In this document: positions 38,928-52,652 of the stretch, piece after piece | How the letters are laid out: each line of letters starts with the position of its first letter | Position numbering within the stretch: position 1 is the stretch's first letter | Assembly: GCA_963841755.1 (NCBI GenBank) | Contig: CAWJDX010000030.1 | Span: forward strand, 78 to 64,077 | DNA length: 64,000 nt | Direction of reading: 5' to 3' | Source of the DNA: an uncultured Candidatus Rokubacteria bacterium | GTDB lineage: Bacteria; Methylomirabilota; Methylomirabilia; Rokubacteriales; CSP1-6 | Notes under the pieces: generated by a model | Told to the model about the DNA's origin: nothing | Seen by the model: the letters and a program-made list of their open reading frames with translations, nothing else | The model's database searches: none | Made by a program: the position numbers and the translations under genes

Positions 38928-40760
38928 ATGAAGGAGTTCGACAAGAAGGGCAATCCGAGCCGGGACCCCTCGTCCGAAGGGATGAAAGGGCTCTCCAAAT
39001 TCCTCCCCATGACTGACTCGAACTACCGGCGGCGCCTCACCGAGTACGAAGTCCAGGTCCAGGACCTCCAGGCCTACGTCCGCTCGCTCGAGACGGAGAC
39101 CGGGCGGCTCCGCAAGAAGCTCGAAGACGCGCCGAAGGAATTCATGATCCTCGAGAACAAGCTGCGCGAGGCCAACCGCCAGCTCGTGCAGGCGTTCAAT
39201 CAGAACGAGAAGCTCGTCAACACCCTCTACGAGGCCCGCGAGCAGATCACCTCGCTCAAGGAAGAGGTCGACAAGCTCTGCGCGCCCCCCTCGACCTACG
39301 GGGTCTACCTCTCGGTCAACGAGGACGGGACGGTCAACATCCTCTCCCAGGGTCGCAAGGTGAAGGTGAACCTCCACCCCTCGATCAAGGCCGAGGACAT
39401 CAAGCCCGGTCAGGAGCTGATCCTGAACGAGGGCCTGAACGTGGTGGAGACCGCGGGCTACGAGATCCAGGGCGAGGTCGTGATCCTGAAGGAGCAGCTC
39501 GACGCCGAGCGCGCCATCGTCACCCAGCGCGCGGACGAGGACCGCGTCGGCATCATCGCGGACCCGCTGCGCCAGGTGAAGCTCAAGATCGGCGACCACC
39601 TGCTCATCGACGCCAAGAGCGGCTACCTGCTCGAGAAGCTGCCCAAGAGCGAGGTCGAGGACCTCTCGCTGGAGGAGGTGCCGGACATCTCCTACGACGA
39701 CATCGGCGGCCTCGGGACCCAGCTCGAGACGATCAAGGACGCGGTCGAGCTCCCGTACCTGTACGCCGAGTACTACAAGGAGCACCACCTGGCCCCGCCC
39801 AAGGGCGTGCTGCTCTACGGGCCTCCGGGCTGCGGCAAGACCATGATCGCCAAGGCGGTGGCCAACAACCTGGCCGCGCGCATCTCGGAGAAGCGCGGCG
39901 AGAAGGTGAAGGGCTTCTTCCTCAACATCAAGGGCCCCGAGCTGCTCAACAAGTACGTGGGCGAGACCGAGCGGAAGATCCGCGAGATCTTCATCAAGGC
40001 CCGCGAGAAGGCGGCCGAGGACGTGCCGGTGGTGGTGTTCTTCGACGAGATGGACGCGCTCTTCCGCACCCGCGGCTCGGGCATCTCCTCCGACGTGGAG
40101 ACCACGATCGTGCCGCAGCTGCTCGCCGAGATCGACGGCGTCGAGCACCTGAAGAACGTCATCGTGATCGGCGCCTCGAACCGGCAGGACCTGATCGATC
40201 CGGCCATCCTGCGGCCGGGCCGGCTCGACGTGAAGATCAAGATCGAGCGGCCGGACGCCGCGTCCGCGGTCGACATCTTCAACAAGTACATGACCATCCA
40301 GCTGCCGATCAACGAGTCGGAAGTGCGGGAGAACAGCGGGGACATGCAGGCCGCGGTGGATCGGATGATCGCGGCCACCATCGAGGAGATGTACAGCCTC
40401 GGGGAGGAGAACCGCTTCCTGGAGGTCACCTACGCCAACGGCGACAAGGAGGTCCTCTACTTCAAGGACTTCTCGTCGGGGGCCATGATCGAGTCGGTGG
40501 TGCGGCGCGCCAAGAAGCTGGCGCTCAAGCGCTACATCCAGACGAGCGAGAAGGGCATCAAGGTCGAGGATCTCCTGAACGCGGTCCGCGAGGAGTTCAA
40601 GGAGAACGAGGATCTGCCCAACACGACCAACCCGGACGACTGGGCGAAGATCGCGGGCAAGAAGGGCGAGCGGATCGTCTACGTCAAGCCCCTCATGGGC
40701 GAGACCAAGGAAAAGCAGCGCGCCGTCGAGCGCGTGATCAATACCGGCCAGTACCTGTAG
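38928..40760 (+). CDS. arc: Proteasome-associated AAA ATPase ARC/Mpa
   Basis: N-terminal coiled coil, OB domains, [46 protein letters not shown]-terminal GQYL docking motif. Confidence 0.96.
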   Translation: MKEFDKKGNPSRDPSSEGMKGLSKFLPMTDSNYRRRLTEYEVQVQDLQAYVRSLETETGRLRKKLEDAPKEFMILENKLREANRQLVQAFNQNEKLVNTLYEAREQITSLKEEVDKLCAPPSTYGVYLSVNEDGTVNILSQGRKVKVNLHPSIKAEDIKPGQELILNEGLNVVETAGYEIQGEVVILKEQLDAERAIVTQRADEDRVGIIADPLRQVKLKIGDHLLIDAKSGYLLEKLPKSEVEDLSLEEVPDISYDDIGGLGTQLETIKDAVELPYLYAEYYKEHHLAPPKGVLLYGPPGCGKTMIAKAVANNLAARISEKRGEKVKGFFLNIKGPELLNKYVGETERKIREIFIKAREKAAEDVPVVVFFDEMDALFRTRGSGISSDVETTIVPQLLAEIDGVEHLKNVIVIGASNRQDLIDPAILRPGRLDVKIKIERPDAASAVDIFNKYMTIQLPINESEVRENSGDMQAAVDRMIAATIEEMYSLGEENRFLEVTYANGDKEVLYFKDFSSGAMIESVVRRAKKLALKRYIQTSEKGIKVEDLLNAVREEFKENEDLPNTTNPDDWAKIAGKKGERIVYVKPLMGETKEKQRAVERVINTGQYL

Positions 40761-40765
40761 GCCCT

Positions 40766-40800
40766 ACGGCGGGGGGGAGCGCTGGGCTCCCCCCCGCCGT
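40766..40800 (+). terminator. 15-bp perfect stem-loop between arc and dop (weak terminator or mRNA stabiliser)
   Basis: ACGGCGGGGGGGAGC-GCTGG-GCTCCCCCCCGCCGT then GTGTCTTT. Confidence 0.55.
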
Positions 40801-40844
40801 GTGTCTTTCAAACGCCCAGCGCGATCGAAGTTCCGGGGACGTCA

Positions 40845-42345
40845 ATGGCGATTCCGAAGGTGATGGGGATCGAGACCGAGTACGGCATCACGGTCAAGAA
40901 CCAGCCGGACTTCAATCCGATCCTCTCCTCGCTGCTGCTGATCAACTCCTACGAGACCTACCGCTCCTCCCGCATCCGCTGGGACTACGAGGCGGAGAGC
41001 CCGCTGCGCGACGCGCGCGGCTTCGAGTACATGGAGGACAAGGAGGTGCCCTCCAAGGAGGAGTCGCGCCTCATCAACCTCATCCTCTCCAACGGGGCGC
41101 GCTTCTACGTCGACCACGCGCACCCGGAGTACTCCTCCCCGGAGACCACCAATCCGCGCGACTGCGTGATCTGGGACCGGGCGGGCGAGCGGATCCTGAA
41201 CCTCTCGCGCACCCGGGCGGAGGCGGTCTCCCCTCCCGAGCAGCGCATCCTGATCTACAAGAACAACACCGACTCCAAGGGCAACTCCTACGGCACCCAC
41301 GAGAACTACCTCATGGACCGCAAGGTGCCCTTCGCGCGGATCGTCCAGTACCTGCTCCCCTTCTTCGTGAGCCGCCAGGTCTTCACCGGCGCGGGCAAGG
41401 TGGGGGCGGAGAACAACACCGAGTTCTGCGAGTTCCAGGTCTCCCAGCGGGCCGACTTCCTGGAGACCGAGGTGGGGCTCGAGACGATGCACAGCCGCCC
41501 CATCATCAACACCCGCGACGAGCCGCACGCCGACCCCGAGAAGTACCGCCGCCTGCACGTCATCCCGGGTGACGCGAACATGAGCGAGGTCTCCAACTAC
41601 CTCAAGTGCGGCACGATGGCCATCGTGCTGAGCATGATCGAGGACGACTTCATCGACCGCGACCTCTCGCTCGACAGCCCGGTGCTCTCCTACCGGCGCG
41701 TCTCGCGCGACCTCGCGTGCCGCGAGACGATGCGGCTCAAGGACGGGCGCGCCCTGACCGCGGTGGACCTGCAGCGCGAGTTCCTCGACCTGGCCCACCG
41801 CTACTACCGCGACCGGGAGCACGAGCCCTGGGTCGACGACGTGATGGCGCGCTGGGGCTCGGTGCTGGACCGGCTGGCCGTCGATCCCATGAGCCTCGCC
41901 CGCGAGCTCGACTGGGTCATCAAGCGCCAGCTCATCGAGAACTACATGGCCAAGCACTCCTGCGAGTGGTCGGACTCCCGGGTCGCCATGATCGACCTGC
42001 AGTACCACGACATCCGGCCCAGCAAGGGGCTCTACTACAAGCTGGAGGAGTCGGACGCGGTCGAGCGGATGACCACCGAGGACGAGGTGACCAAGGCCAT
42101 CTACGATCCGCCCAAGGACACCCGGGCCTACTTCCGGGGCATGTGCCTGCAGAAGTACGCCGACGAGGTGGTGTCCGCGTCCTGGGACTCGGTGATCTTC
42201 GATCTCAAGGAGGGGCCCGCTGAAGAAGATCTTCATGCTCGAGCCCCTCCGGGGCACCGAGGCCCACGTGCGGCAGCTCTTCGAGGAGTCGGCCACCGCG
42301 GGCGCCCTGCTCAAGAACCTCGGCAAGCCGAGCGGCGACTTCTAG
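40845..42345 (+). CDS. dop: Depupylase/deamidase Dop; +1 indel at about 42217
   Basis: GIETEYG, Dop-loop WDYEAESPLRDARG, NGARFYVDHAHPEYS, KNNTD.KG.SYG.HENYL, ASWDSVIFD; shifted frame gives LKKIFMLEPLRGT...SGDF-TAG. Confidence 0.92.
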
Positions 42346-42346
42346 G

Positions 42347-43154
42347 ATGCTCGACGATCGCTGGAAGCACGACCTTCTTCGACTACTCGACCTCGAGCTT
42401 CGCCGAGATCCTGCAGCGGGCCGCCCCTCACCTCCTGCCCGGCCGCTCCGAGCCCGGGTCCGACGAGGGGAGCGTCCCCTCGGTGCCCCACGGCACCACG
42501 GTGCTGGCCCTGCGCTACCGCGACGGGGTGATCATGGCGGGCGACCGGCAGGCGAGCGAGGGCTACCAGGTCGCGCACCGCCGCATCGAGAAGATCTTCA
42601 AGTCGGACGACCTCTCCGGGGTGGGCATCGCGGGCGCGGCGGGCCCGGCCATGGAGATGGCCCGGCTCTTCCAGACCGAGCTCGAGCACTACGAGAAGGT
42701 CGAGGGCGAGAACCTCTCCCTGGACGGCAAGGCCAACAAGCTCGGCCAGATGATCCGCATGAACCTGCCGATGGCCATGCAGGGGCTGGTGGTGGTTCCG
42801 ATCTTCGCCGGCTTCGACGAGCGGGCCGGAGTGGGACGGCTCTTCAAGTACGACGTCACCGGCGGGCGCTACGAGGAGACCGACTACTTCGCGCAGGGCT
42901 CCGGCGGCAAGGACGCGCGCGACTCGCTGAAGAAGCGGTTCAAGCGCGACATGAGCCGCGACGAGGCGCTCCAGGTCGCCATCGAGGCCCTGATCGACGC
43001 GGCCGACGAGGACCTGGGCACCGGCGGGCCGGACCTGCTGCGCGGCATCCTGCCGTCGGTGAAGACCATCACGAGATCCGGCTTCGCGGAGGCCCCGGAG
43101 GAAGAGATCCGGCGCTACTGCGAAGCCATTCTCACCGATCGCAACCGGCTCTAA
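42347..43154 (+). CDS. prcB: 20S proteasome beta subunit; +1 indel at about 42373
   Basis: Propeptide SSFAEIL...PHG/TTVLAL (catalytic Thr1), [40 protein letters not shown]. Confidence 0.93.
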
Positions 43155-43168
43155 GGTCCGAGGCGCTC

Positions 43169-43861
43169 ATGCCGCTGCCCTACTACGTCTCGCCCGAGCA
43201 GATGATGAAGGACAAGGCGGAGTATGCCCGCAAGGGCATCTCCCGCGGCAAGGCCATCGTCACCATCGAGTACCGGGACGGGGTCCTGCTGGTGGCCGAG
43301 AATCCTTCCACCCTGCTCCACAAGATCTCGGAGATCTACGACCGCATCGCCTTCGCGGGCGTCGGCAAGTACAACGAGTTCGAGAACATGCGGGTGGCCG
43401 GGGTGCGGCACGCCGACGTCAAGGGCTACTCCTACAGCCGCGGGGACGTCAGCGCCAAGTCGCTCGCCAACGCCTACTCGCAGGCGCTCGGCAACATCTT
43501 CACCCAGGACATCAAGCCGTTCGAGATCGAGGTGCTGGTCGTCGAGGTGGGCGACGGCAACGGCACCAAGAACGAGATCTACCACATCCTCTACGACGGC
43601 ACGATCGAGGACGAGAAGAACTACGCCGCGATGGGCGGCCAGTCCGAGGAGATCCGCCGCTATCTCAAGGACAACTTCCAGGAGAGCCTCGACCTCGCCG
43701 CGGCCCTCAAGCTGGGCGTCCGGGCCCTGATGGTCACCCAGAACAAGACCCTGACCGAGCGAGACCTCGAGGTGGCGGTCCTGGACCGGACCAAGGAGCG
43801 CCGCAAGTTCCGGCGCATCCCGGCCGAGGTGCTCCATCAGCTGCTGATCGACACCGCCTAG
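43169..43861 (+). CDS. prcA: 20S proteasome alpha subunit
   Basis: [53 protein letters not shown]. Confidence 0.95.
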   Translation: MPLPYYVSPEQMMKDKAEYARKGISRGKAIVTIEYRDGVLLVAENPSTLLHKISEIYDRIAFAGVGKYNEFENMRVAGVRHADVKGYSYSRGDVSAKSLANAYSQALGNIFTQDIKPFEIEVLVVEVGDGNGTKNEIYHILYDGTIEDEKNYAAMGGQSEEIRRYLKDNFQESLDLAAALKLGVRALMVTQNKTLTERDLEVAVLDRTKERRKFRRIPAEVLHQLLIDTA

Positions 43862-43917
43862 GGCGCCTCGCCCGAATCCTTGCCCCCCGGCCGCTCCCCT
43901 GTTACCCTGAGACCCTC

Positions 43918-45273
43918 ATGAAGCGCCGGATCTTCGGCCTCGAGAACGAGTACGGTCTCACCTGCACCCTGAACGGCCAGCGCCGCCTGTCGCCCGACAA
44001 CGTGGCGCGGTACCTCTTCGAGAAGGTCATCCCGGGCGCCCGCAACGCCAACGTCTTCCTCGAGAACGGGGCGCGCCTCTACCTCGACACCGGCTTCCAT
44101 CCCGAGTACGCGACCCCCGAGTGCGACGACATCACCGACCTGGTCATCCACGACAAGGCGGGCGAGCGCATCGTGGAGGACCTGCTGCACCAGGCCGAGA
44201 AGCGGCTCCGCGAGGACGGCATCTCCGGCCACATCCTGCTCTTCAAGAACAACACCGACTCCGCGGGCAACTCCTACGGCTGCCACGAGAACTACCTGGT
44301 CAGCCGGGACGTGTCCTTCCAGCGGCTGGCCGAGGGCCTGATCCCGTTCTTCGTGACCCGGCAGATCTTCGCGGGCGCGGGCAAGGTGCTCCAGACCCCG
44401 CGGGGCTTCCACTACTGCCTGTCCCAGCGGGCCCAGCACATCTGCCAGGAGATCTCGGGCGCGACCACCTCGTCCCGCTCCATCATCAATACCCGGGACG
44501 AGCCGCACGCCGACGCCGAGAAGTACCGCCGCCTGCACGTGATCGTGGGCGACTCCAACATGTCCGAGGTCGCGACCTATCTGAAGGTCGGCACCACCGC
44601 GCTGATCCTGGACATGATCGAGGACGGCCACTTCGACCGCGACTACAGCCTCCAGTCGCCGGTCCAGGCCATCCGCGACATCAGCCACGATCCCACGCTG
44701 CGAGAGACGATACGGCTCAAGGACGGGCGGGCCATCACCCCGCTGCAGCTGCAGATGGAGTACCTCGAGCACGCCACCCGCTACGTCCAGGCCATCGACG
44801 CGGACCCGGTCACCCGGGACGTGCTGGCGCGGTGGACCTACGTGATCGAGCAGCTCGCGGACGATCCGATGCAGCTCAACCGGGAAGTCGACTGGGTGAT
44901 CAAGCAGCAGCTCATCCAGGCCTACATGGAGAAGAACCGTCTGTCCTGGCGGGACCCGAAGGTCTCGCTCATGGACCTCCAGTACCACGACATCCGGCCC
45001 GACAAGGGCCTCTACTTCAGTCTGGTACGTCGCGACCTGGTGGACCGCATCACCGACGATGAGTCCATCGAGCGCGCCAAGCACGTGCCCCCGCAGACCA
45101 CGCGGGCCCGGCTGCGGGGCGAATTCATCCGCCAGGCCAACCTCAAGGGCAAGGACTACCGAGTGGACTGGGTCTATCTCAAGCTCAACGATCCGGAGCG
45201 TGAGACCATTCTCTGCAAGGACCCATTCCAGAGCCACGACGAGCGCGTCGAGCGTCTGATTCGCTCGTTCTAG
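43918..45273 (+). CDS. pafA: Pup--protein ligase PafA
   Basis: [76 protein letters not shown]. Confidence 0.96.
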   Translation: MKRRIFGLENEYGLTCTLNGQRRLSPDNVARYLFEKVIPGARNANVFLENGARLYLDTGFHPEYATPECDDITDLVIHDKAGERIVEDLLHQAEKRLREDGISGHILLFKNNTDSAGNSYGCHENYLVSRDVSFQRLAEGLIPFFVTRQIFAGAGKVLQTPRGFHYCLSQRAQHICQEISGATTSSRSIINTRDEPHADAEKYRRLHVIVGDSNMSEVATYLKVGTTALILDMIEDGHFDRDYSLQSPVQAIRDISHDPTLRETIRLKDGRAITPLQLQMEYLEHATRYVQAIDADPVTRDVLARWTYVIEQLADDPMQLNREVDWVIKQQLIQAYMEKNRLSWRDPKVSLMDLQYHDIRPDKGLYFSLVRRDLVDRITDDESIERAKHVPPQTTRARLRGEFIRQANLKGKDYRVDWVYLKLNDPERETILCKDPFQSHDERVERLIRSF

Positions 45274-45320
45274 ACGACACCGCTCGCTCTCCCGGAGCGG
45301 GTGCGCAGGACCGACCAACC

Positions 45321-47519
45321 ATGCCATACGCTCCGCTCCGCCCCGACACGATCGACGCTGTCGTCACCGGCCAGCACGGTGACCCCTTCGCGGTGCTGGG
45401 CCCTCACGCCGGCCGCGAGGGCATGGTCAGCGTGCGGGCCCTGCTCCCCGCCGCCCGCGCGGTGGCGGCGGTGATGCCCGACGGCACCGTCAGCCCGCTG
45501 CGCGCGGTGCATCCGGCCGGCTTCTGGGAGGGCGAGGTGCCGGGCCGTCGCCTCCCGCTCGCGTACCGGCTTCGAGTGGTCGACGACCAGGGACAGGTCT
45601 CCGAGGTCGAGGACCCCTACCGCTTCCCGCCGACCCTCAGCCCCTACGACCTGCATCTGCTCGGCGAGGGCACCCACTACCGCCTCTTCGAGCGGCTCGG
45701 CGCGCATCCCATCCGTCACGAGGGCGTGGAGGGCGTGCGCTTCGTGGTGTGGGCTCCCAACGCGCGGCGGGTCAGCGTGGTCGGCGACTGGAACGGCTGG
45801 GACGGGCGGCGACAGCCGATGCGCCTGCACCCCGGCAACGGGCTGTGGGAGCTGTTCGTCCCCGGAGTGGCCCTCGGCGCGCGCTACAAGTACGAGATCA
45901 TCGGACGGGACGGCGGGCTGCTCGCGCTCAAGACCGACCCGGTGGCGTTCGCCTTCGAGCCCGACGAGCCGCGCACCGCCTCCGCGGTCACCGACCTCAA
46001 CGCCTACACGTGGGGCGACGCGGAGTGGATGGACGAGCGCAAGCGCCGGAACGCCCTGCACCGGCCGATGTCGGTGTACGAGATGCACCTGGGCTCGTGG
46101 CGGCGCCCCGAGGGGGGCGCCCTGCCGAGCTACCGCGAGATGGCCGAGCAGCTCGCCGACTACCTGAGCGAGATGGGCTTCACCCACGTGGAGCTGCTCC
46201 CGGTGACCGAGCATCCCTACTACGCCTCCTGGGGCTACCAGACCCTCGGCTACTACGCGCCCACCCGCCGCTACGGCACGCCCACCGACTTCATGGCCTT
46301 CGTGGACACCCTCCACCGGCGGGGCATCGGGGTCATCATGGACTGGGTGCCGGCGCACTTCCCCAAGGACGCGCACGGGCTCGCCTTCTTCGACGGCACC
46401 CACCTCTACGAGCACGACGATCCCAACCTGCGCGACCATCCCGACTGGGGCACCCGGGTCTTCAACTTCGGGCGGCGCGAGGTCTCCAACTTCCTCATCG
46501 CCAATGCGGTGTTCTGGCTCGAGCGCTACCACATCGACGGCCTGCGGGTCGACGCGGTCGCCTCCATGATCTACCGCGACTACTCCCGCAAGGCGGGCGA
46601 GTGGGTGCCCAACGAGTTCGGCGGCCGGGAGAACCTCGAGGCCCTCGCCTTCCTCAAGAAGCTGAACGAGGTGGTGTACGGCGGCCAGCCCGGCGCCTCC
46701 ACCATCGCGGAGGAGTCCACCGCGTGGCCGCAGGTCTCGCGCCCGGTCTACCTGGGCGGCCTCGGCTTCGGCTTCAAGTGGAACATGGGCTGGATGCACG
46801 ACATCCTCGAGTACATGCAGCACCAGCCGGTCCACCGGAAGTACCACCACAACCAGCTCACCTTCGGGCTGCTCTACGCGTGGACCGAGAACTTCGTGCT
46901 GCCGCTCTCCCACGACGAGGTGGTCTACGGCAAGCGCTCGCTCGCCCACAAGATGCCGGGCGACGACTGGCAGCGCTTCGCCAACCTGCGCCTGCTCTAC
47001 GCGTTCATGTGGGCCTACCCGGGCAAGAAGCTCCTGTTCATGGGCGGGGAGTTCGGGCAGTCCGACGAGTGGAACCACGACCACGCCCTCGACTGGTGGC
47101 TGCTCGACACCGGCCCGTTCCATCGCGGGGTCCAGCAGCTCGTGAAGGACCTGAACCGCGTCTACCGCAGCGATCCGTCGCTCTACGAGGTGGACTTCGA
47201 GTCGGCCGGCTTCCAGTGGATCGACTGCAGCGACTGGGAGCAGAGCGTGGTCACGTTCTGCCGCTTCTCCCGCCGGCAGGAGCGGCTCCTCCTGTGCGCG
47301 TGCAACTTCACCCCGGTGGCCCGCACCGGCTACCGGGTCGGGGTCCCCCGCCCCGGCTACTACCGCGAGATCCTCAACACCGACGCGGCCCTCTACGGCG
47401 GCGGCGACGTGGGCAACTCGGGCGGCGTGTCGAGCGAGCCCACCCCGTGGCACGGCCAGCCGCACTCGGTGGTGCTGACGATCCCGCCGCTCGCCGCGGT
47501 CTGGCTCGTCCCCGCCTGA
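45321..47519 (+). CDS. glgB: 1,4-alpha-glucan branching enzyme
   Basis: [56 protein letters not shown]. Confidence 0.97.
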   Translation: MPYAPLRPDTIDAVVTGQHGDPFAVLGPHAGREGMVSVRALLPAARAVAAVMPDGTVSPLRAVHPAGFWEGEVPGRRLPLAYRLRVVDDQGQVSEVEDPYRFPPTLSPYDLHLLGEGTHYRLFERLGAHPIRHEGVEGVRFVVWAPNARRVSVVGDWNGWDGRRQPMRLHPGNGLWELFVPGVALGARYKYEIIGRDGGLLALKTDPVAFAFEPDEPRTASAVTDLNAYTWGDAEWMDERKRRNALHRPMSVYEMHLGSWRRPEGGALPSYREMAEQLADYLSEMGFTHVELLPVTEHPYYASWGYQTLGYYAPTRRYGTPTDFMAFVDTLHRRGIGVIMDWVPAHFPKDAHGLAFFDGTHLYEHDDPNLRDHPDWGTRVFNFGRREVSNFLIANAVFWLERYHIDGLRVDAVASMIYRDYSRKAGEWVPNEFGGRENLEALAFLKKLNEVVYGGQPGASTIAEESTAWPQVSRPVYLGGLGFGFKWNMGWMHDILEYMQHQPVHRKYHHNQLTFGLLYAWTENFVLPLSHDEVVYGKRSLAHKMPGDDWQRFANLRLLYAFMWAYPGKKLLFMGGEFGQSDEWNHDHALDWWLLDTGPFHRGVQQLVKDLNRVYRSDPSLYEVDFESAGFQWIDCSDWEQSVVTFCRFSRRQERLLLCACNFTPVARTGYRVGVPRPGYYREILNTDAALYGGGDVGNSGGVSSEPTPWHGQPHSVVLTIPPLAAVWLVPA

Positions 47520-47532
47520 GGGCGCGGCGGGC

Positions 47533-49698
<2,166 letters not shown>

Positions 49699-49700
49699 CC

Positions 49701-50981
49701 ATGACCGACGCGACCGACCCCACCGACTCGCCCGAGTTCGACTCCGAGCTGCACCGCACCGCGCTGGCCCAGCTCGACCGGGTGGCGGCGCGCCTGAGCC
49801 TCGATCACGACATCCACGAGCGGCTGCGCTTCCCGCGGCGGGCCCTGGTGGTCTCGGTGCCGGTGCGCATGGACAGCGGGAAGACCCAGGTCTTCATCGG
49901 CTACCGCGTCCACCACAACACCGCGCTCGGCCCCACCAAGGGCGGCCTGCGCTACGACCTCGGGGTGAACCTCGGCGAGGTGACCGCGCTCGCGATGCTG
50001 ATGAGCTGGAAGTGCGCGCTGGTGGGGCTGCCCTACGGGGGCGCCAAGGGCGGGATCCGCTGCAATCCGCGCGCGATGTCCGCCCACGAGCTCGAGCACC
50101 TCACCCGCCGCTACACCACCGAGATCATCCTCATGATCGGGCCGGACATCGACATCCCGGCGCCCGATCTCGGCACCGACGAGCAGACCATGGCCTGGAT
50201 GATGGACACCTACTCGATGACCCAGGGCAAGAGCGTCCCCGGGGTGGTCACCGGCAAGCCCCTGATCGTGGGCGGCTCGGTCGGCCGCCGCGAGGCCACC
50301 GGCCGCGGCATCGTCTTCGTGCTCTACCAGGCGGCCAAGAGCCTCGGGCAGGAGCTGCGGGGCAAGAAGATCGTGGTGCAGGGCTTCGGCAACGTGGGCG
50401 GGACCGCCGCGCGCCTGCTGTGGAACGACGGGTGCACCATCGCGGGGATCAGCGACTTCAAGGGCGGGGTGTGGAATCCGAACGGCCTCGACATCCGCCA
50501 GCTCCAGGCCTACGTGGCCGAGACCGGGAGCGTGGCCGGCTTCCCGGGGGGCGAGGCCATCGGCAACGACCAGATCCTCGAGCAGCCCTGTGACGTCCTG
50601 ATCCCCGCCGCGATCGACTCGGTGATCAACGAGCGGAACGCCGACCGCGTCAAGGCCCTCATCGTGGCGGAGGGCGCCAACGGTCCCACCACTCCGGAGG
50701 CCGACGTGATCCTGCGCGACCGCGGGGTGACCGTGATCCCCGACATCCTGTGCAATGCGGGTGGGGTGGTCGTCTCCTACTTCGAGTGGGTCCAGGGCCT
50801 GCAGCACTACTTCTGGAAGGAGAGCGAGATCATCTCGCGCCTGCAGGAGATCATGGCGCGCGCGTTCACCCGGGTGTGGCAGACCTCGCAGAAGGGCGGG
50901 GTGGATCTCCGGACCGGCGCGCTGATGGAAGGCGTCAGCCGCGTGGCCGACGCCCACGTGTCGCGGGGGCTTTACCCGTAG
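49701..50981 (+). CDS. gdhA: Glu/Leu/Phe/Val dehydrogenase (glutamate dehydrogenase)
   Basis: GPTKGGLR, MSWK, PYGGAKGG, DIPAPD, VTGKP, QGFGNVG, EGANGPTT, VSYFEWVQ. Confidence 0.93.
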   Translation: MTDATDPTDSPEFDSELHRTALAQLDRVAARLSLDHDIHERLRFPRRALVVSVPVRMDSGKTQVFIGYRVHHNTALGPTKGGLRYDLGVNLGEVTALAMLMSWKCALVGLPYGGAKGGIRCNPRAMSAHELEHLTRRYTTEIILMIGPDIDIPAPDLGTDEQTMAWMMDTYSMTQGKSVPGVVTGKPLIVGGSVGRREATGRGIVFVLYQAAKSLGQELRGKKIVVQGFGNVGGTAARLLWNDGCTIAGISDFKGGVWNPNGLDIRQLQAYVAETGSVAGFPGGEAIGNDQILEQPCDVLIPAAIDSVINERNADRVKALIVAEGANGPTTPEADVILRDRGVTVIPDILCNAGGVVVSYFEWVQGLQHYFWKESEIISRLQEIMARAFTRVWQTSQKGGVDLRTGALMEGVSRVADAHVSRGLYP

Positions 50982-51783
50982 GCTCCCGCCCCGGCGCCGC
51001 CGGCTCGGCCGGGGCCCCGCGCAGCACCCAGAGCAGCCCCGCCGCCGCGACCAGCACGCCGGCCACGCTCGCGAGCTGCGGCACCCGCAGCGAGCCCACC
51101 CAGAAGCTGTCGAGCCGCAGCGCCTCGATGAAGAACCGCCCCACCGAGTAGAGCCCGATGTAGGCGAAGAAGACCGCGCCCGGGCGCCGGGCGACCCGCG
51201 GGCGCACCCACCAGACGAGCAGGACGAAGACGAGCAGGTCCCACAGCGACTCGTAGAGGAAGGTCGGGTGGAAGTACTCGACGTCGCGCAGCTCGGGCGG
51301 CCGGTGGGGCGGCGAGATGTAGAGCTTCCACGGGAGATCGGTCGGCGCGCCGAACGCTTCCTCGTTGAAGAAGTTCCCCCAGCGGCCGATGGCCTGCCCC
51401 AGGATCATGCTCGGCGCGATGACGTCGAGCGCGCGCCGGATCGGCACCCCCCAGCGGCGCGCGAGCCAGATCCCGACCAGCGGCCCCACGATGAGGCCGC
51501 CGTGCATCGCCAGGCCGCCCTCCCACACCGCGACGATCTTCCCCGGGAAGCGGCCGTAGTAGTCCCAGTTGAAGATCACCTCGTAGAGGCGCGCGCCGAT
51601 CAGCCCGGCCACCACCGCCCACTGGGCCGCGCGCAGGATCTCGTCCGCGGGGAGGCCTTCCTCGGTCGCGCGTCGCTGGGCGAGCCAGAAGCCGACCAGG
51701 ATCGCGGTGGCCATGAGGATGCCGTACCAGCGGACCGTGAGCGGCCCGAGTTGGAAGGCGATGGCGCCGGGCGAGGCGAACAC
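50935..51783 (-). CDS. lgt: Prolipoprotein diacylglyceryl transferase
   Basis: VRWYG, GARLY, WEGGLAMHGG, GQAIGRWGNFFNEE, HPTFLYES; TGgTATCGT 7 nt upstream of GTG. Confidence 0.94.
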   Translation of the reverse strand: MFASPGAIAFQLGPLTVRWYGILMATAILVGFWLAQRRATEEGLPADEILRAAQWAVVAGLIGARLYEVIFNWDYYGRFPGKIVAVWEGGLAMHGGLIVGPLVGIWLARRWGVPIRRALDVIAPSMILGQAIGRWGNFFNEEAFGAPTDLPWKLYISPPHRPPELRDVEYFHPTFLYESLWDLLVFVLLVWWVRPRVARRPGAVFFAYIGLYSVGRFFIEALRLDSFWVGSLRVPQLASVAGVLVAAAGLLWVLRGAPAEPAAPGREPTGKAPATRGRRPRG

Positions 51784-51844
51784 GGAGAGCACGATACCAC
51801 GGCGATGGCGGCGCATCGCCCGCGACGAGCGCCGCCGGGATCGC

Positions 51845-52639
51845 TCAGGGCTTGTAGTCGAGCCCCGCCGCGGCGAACTTCGCCTTGAAGGCCGGCCGCA
51901 CCAGGAACGCCATGAAGGCACGCGCGGTCGCCGGCTGCGTGCTGCGCGCGGCCAGGCCCGCCGAGTAGACGGTGACCTTCTGCAGCTCCGCGGGCAGCGG
52001 GCCGATCATCACCACGCCCTTGACCGGGACGATCTCGCTGATCTGGTGCACCACGATCTCGGCCTCGCCGCTCGCCACCTTCTCGGCCGGATAGCCGCCC
52101 GCCACCAGCTGGGTCTTGGCCCGGACCGCGTCCGCGATGCCGAGGCGCTCGAGCACGCCCTTGAAGTGGATGCCGCTCGTCGCCCCCTGCGCGGGATCGA
52201 CGTAGACCAGCGACTTCGCGGCGAGCAGGGTCGCCTTGAAGGCCTCCGGCGTCGAGATGTCGGGGCGCGGCGCGCCCTCGCGGACGCCGACCCCCATCCC
52301 GGTGCGGGCGAGGTCGGCGCGGCTGCCCGCGACCAGCGCGCCCTCGCGGATCACGTCGTCCACCGCCGCGTCGGTCATGATGACCACGTCCACCGGCTCC
52401 CCGCTCGCGATCTTGCCGCGCGTGACCCCGACGGTGCCGAACGACAGCGTCACGGTGTGCCCGGTCTCCTGCCGGAAGGCCTCCGAGAGCTCGGTCACGA
52501 TCGCGCGGACCGCGCCCGCGCTGAAGACCTTGATCTCATCGGCGCGGGCGGGCGCGGCCCCGCCCAGCCCGGCCGACAGCGCCAACCCCATCGCGAGCCA
52601 CCACCGCGTACCGCGAGCGCGCGTGCGTCCGATGCCCAT
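51845..52639 (-). CDS. ModA-like substrate-binding protein (orphan)
   Basis: Signal peptide, FSAGAV, FGTVG, DPAQGATSG, QISEI, GPLPAELQ. Confidence 0.82.
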   Translation of the reverse strand: MGIGRTRARGTRWWLAMGLALSAGLGGAAPARADEIKVFSAGAVRAIVTELSEAFRQETGHTVTLSFGTVGVTRGKIASGEPVDVVIMTDAAVDDVIREGALVAGSRADLARTGMGVGVREGAPRPDISTPEAFKATLLAAKSLVYVDPAQGATSGIHFKGVLERLGIADAVRAKTQLVAGGYPAEKVASGEAEIVVHQISEIVPVKGVVMIGPLPAELQKVTVYSAGLAARSTQPATARAFMAFLVRPAFKAKFAAAGLDYKP

Positions 52640-52652
52640 GCGTCGTCTCCTC

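Noticed and set aside
40845-43154. 769-aa ORF that looks like a Dop-proteasome beta fusion
   Set aside because: Two +1 indels (about 42217 and 42373) plus the 1-nt intergenic gap restore the frame by chance. The shifted frame holds the conserved Dop C-terminus (LEPLRGT) and a stop, and prcB has its own ATG.
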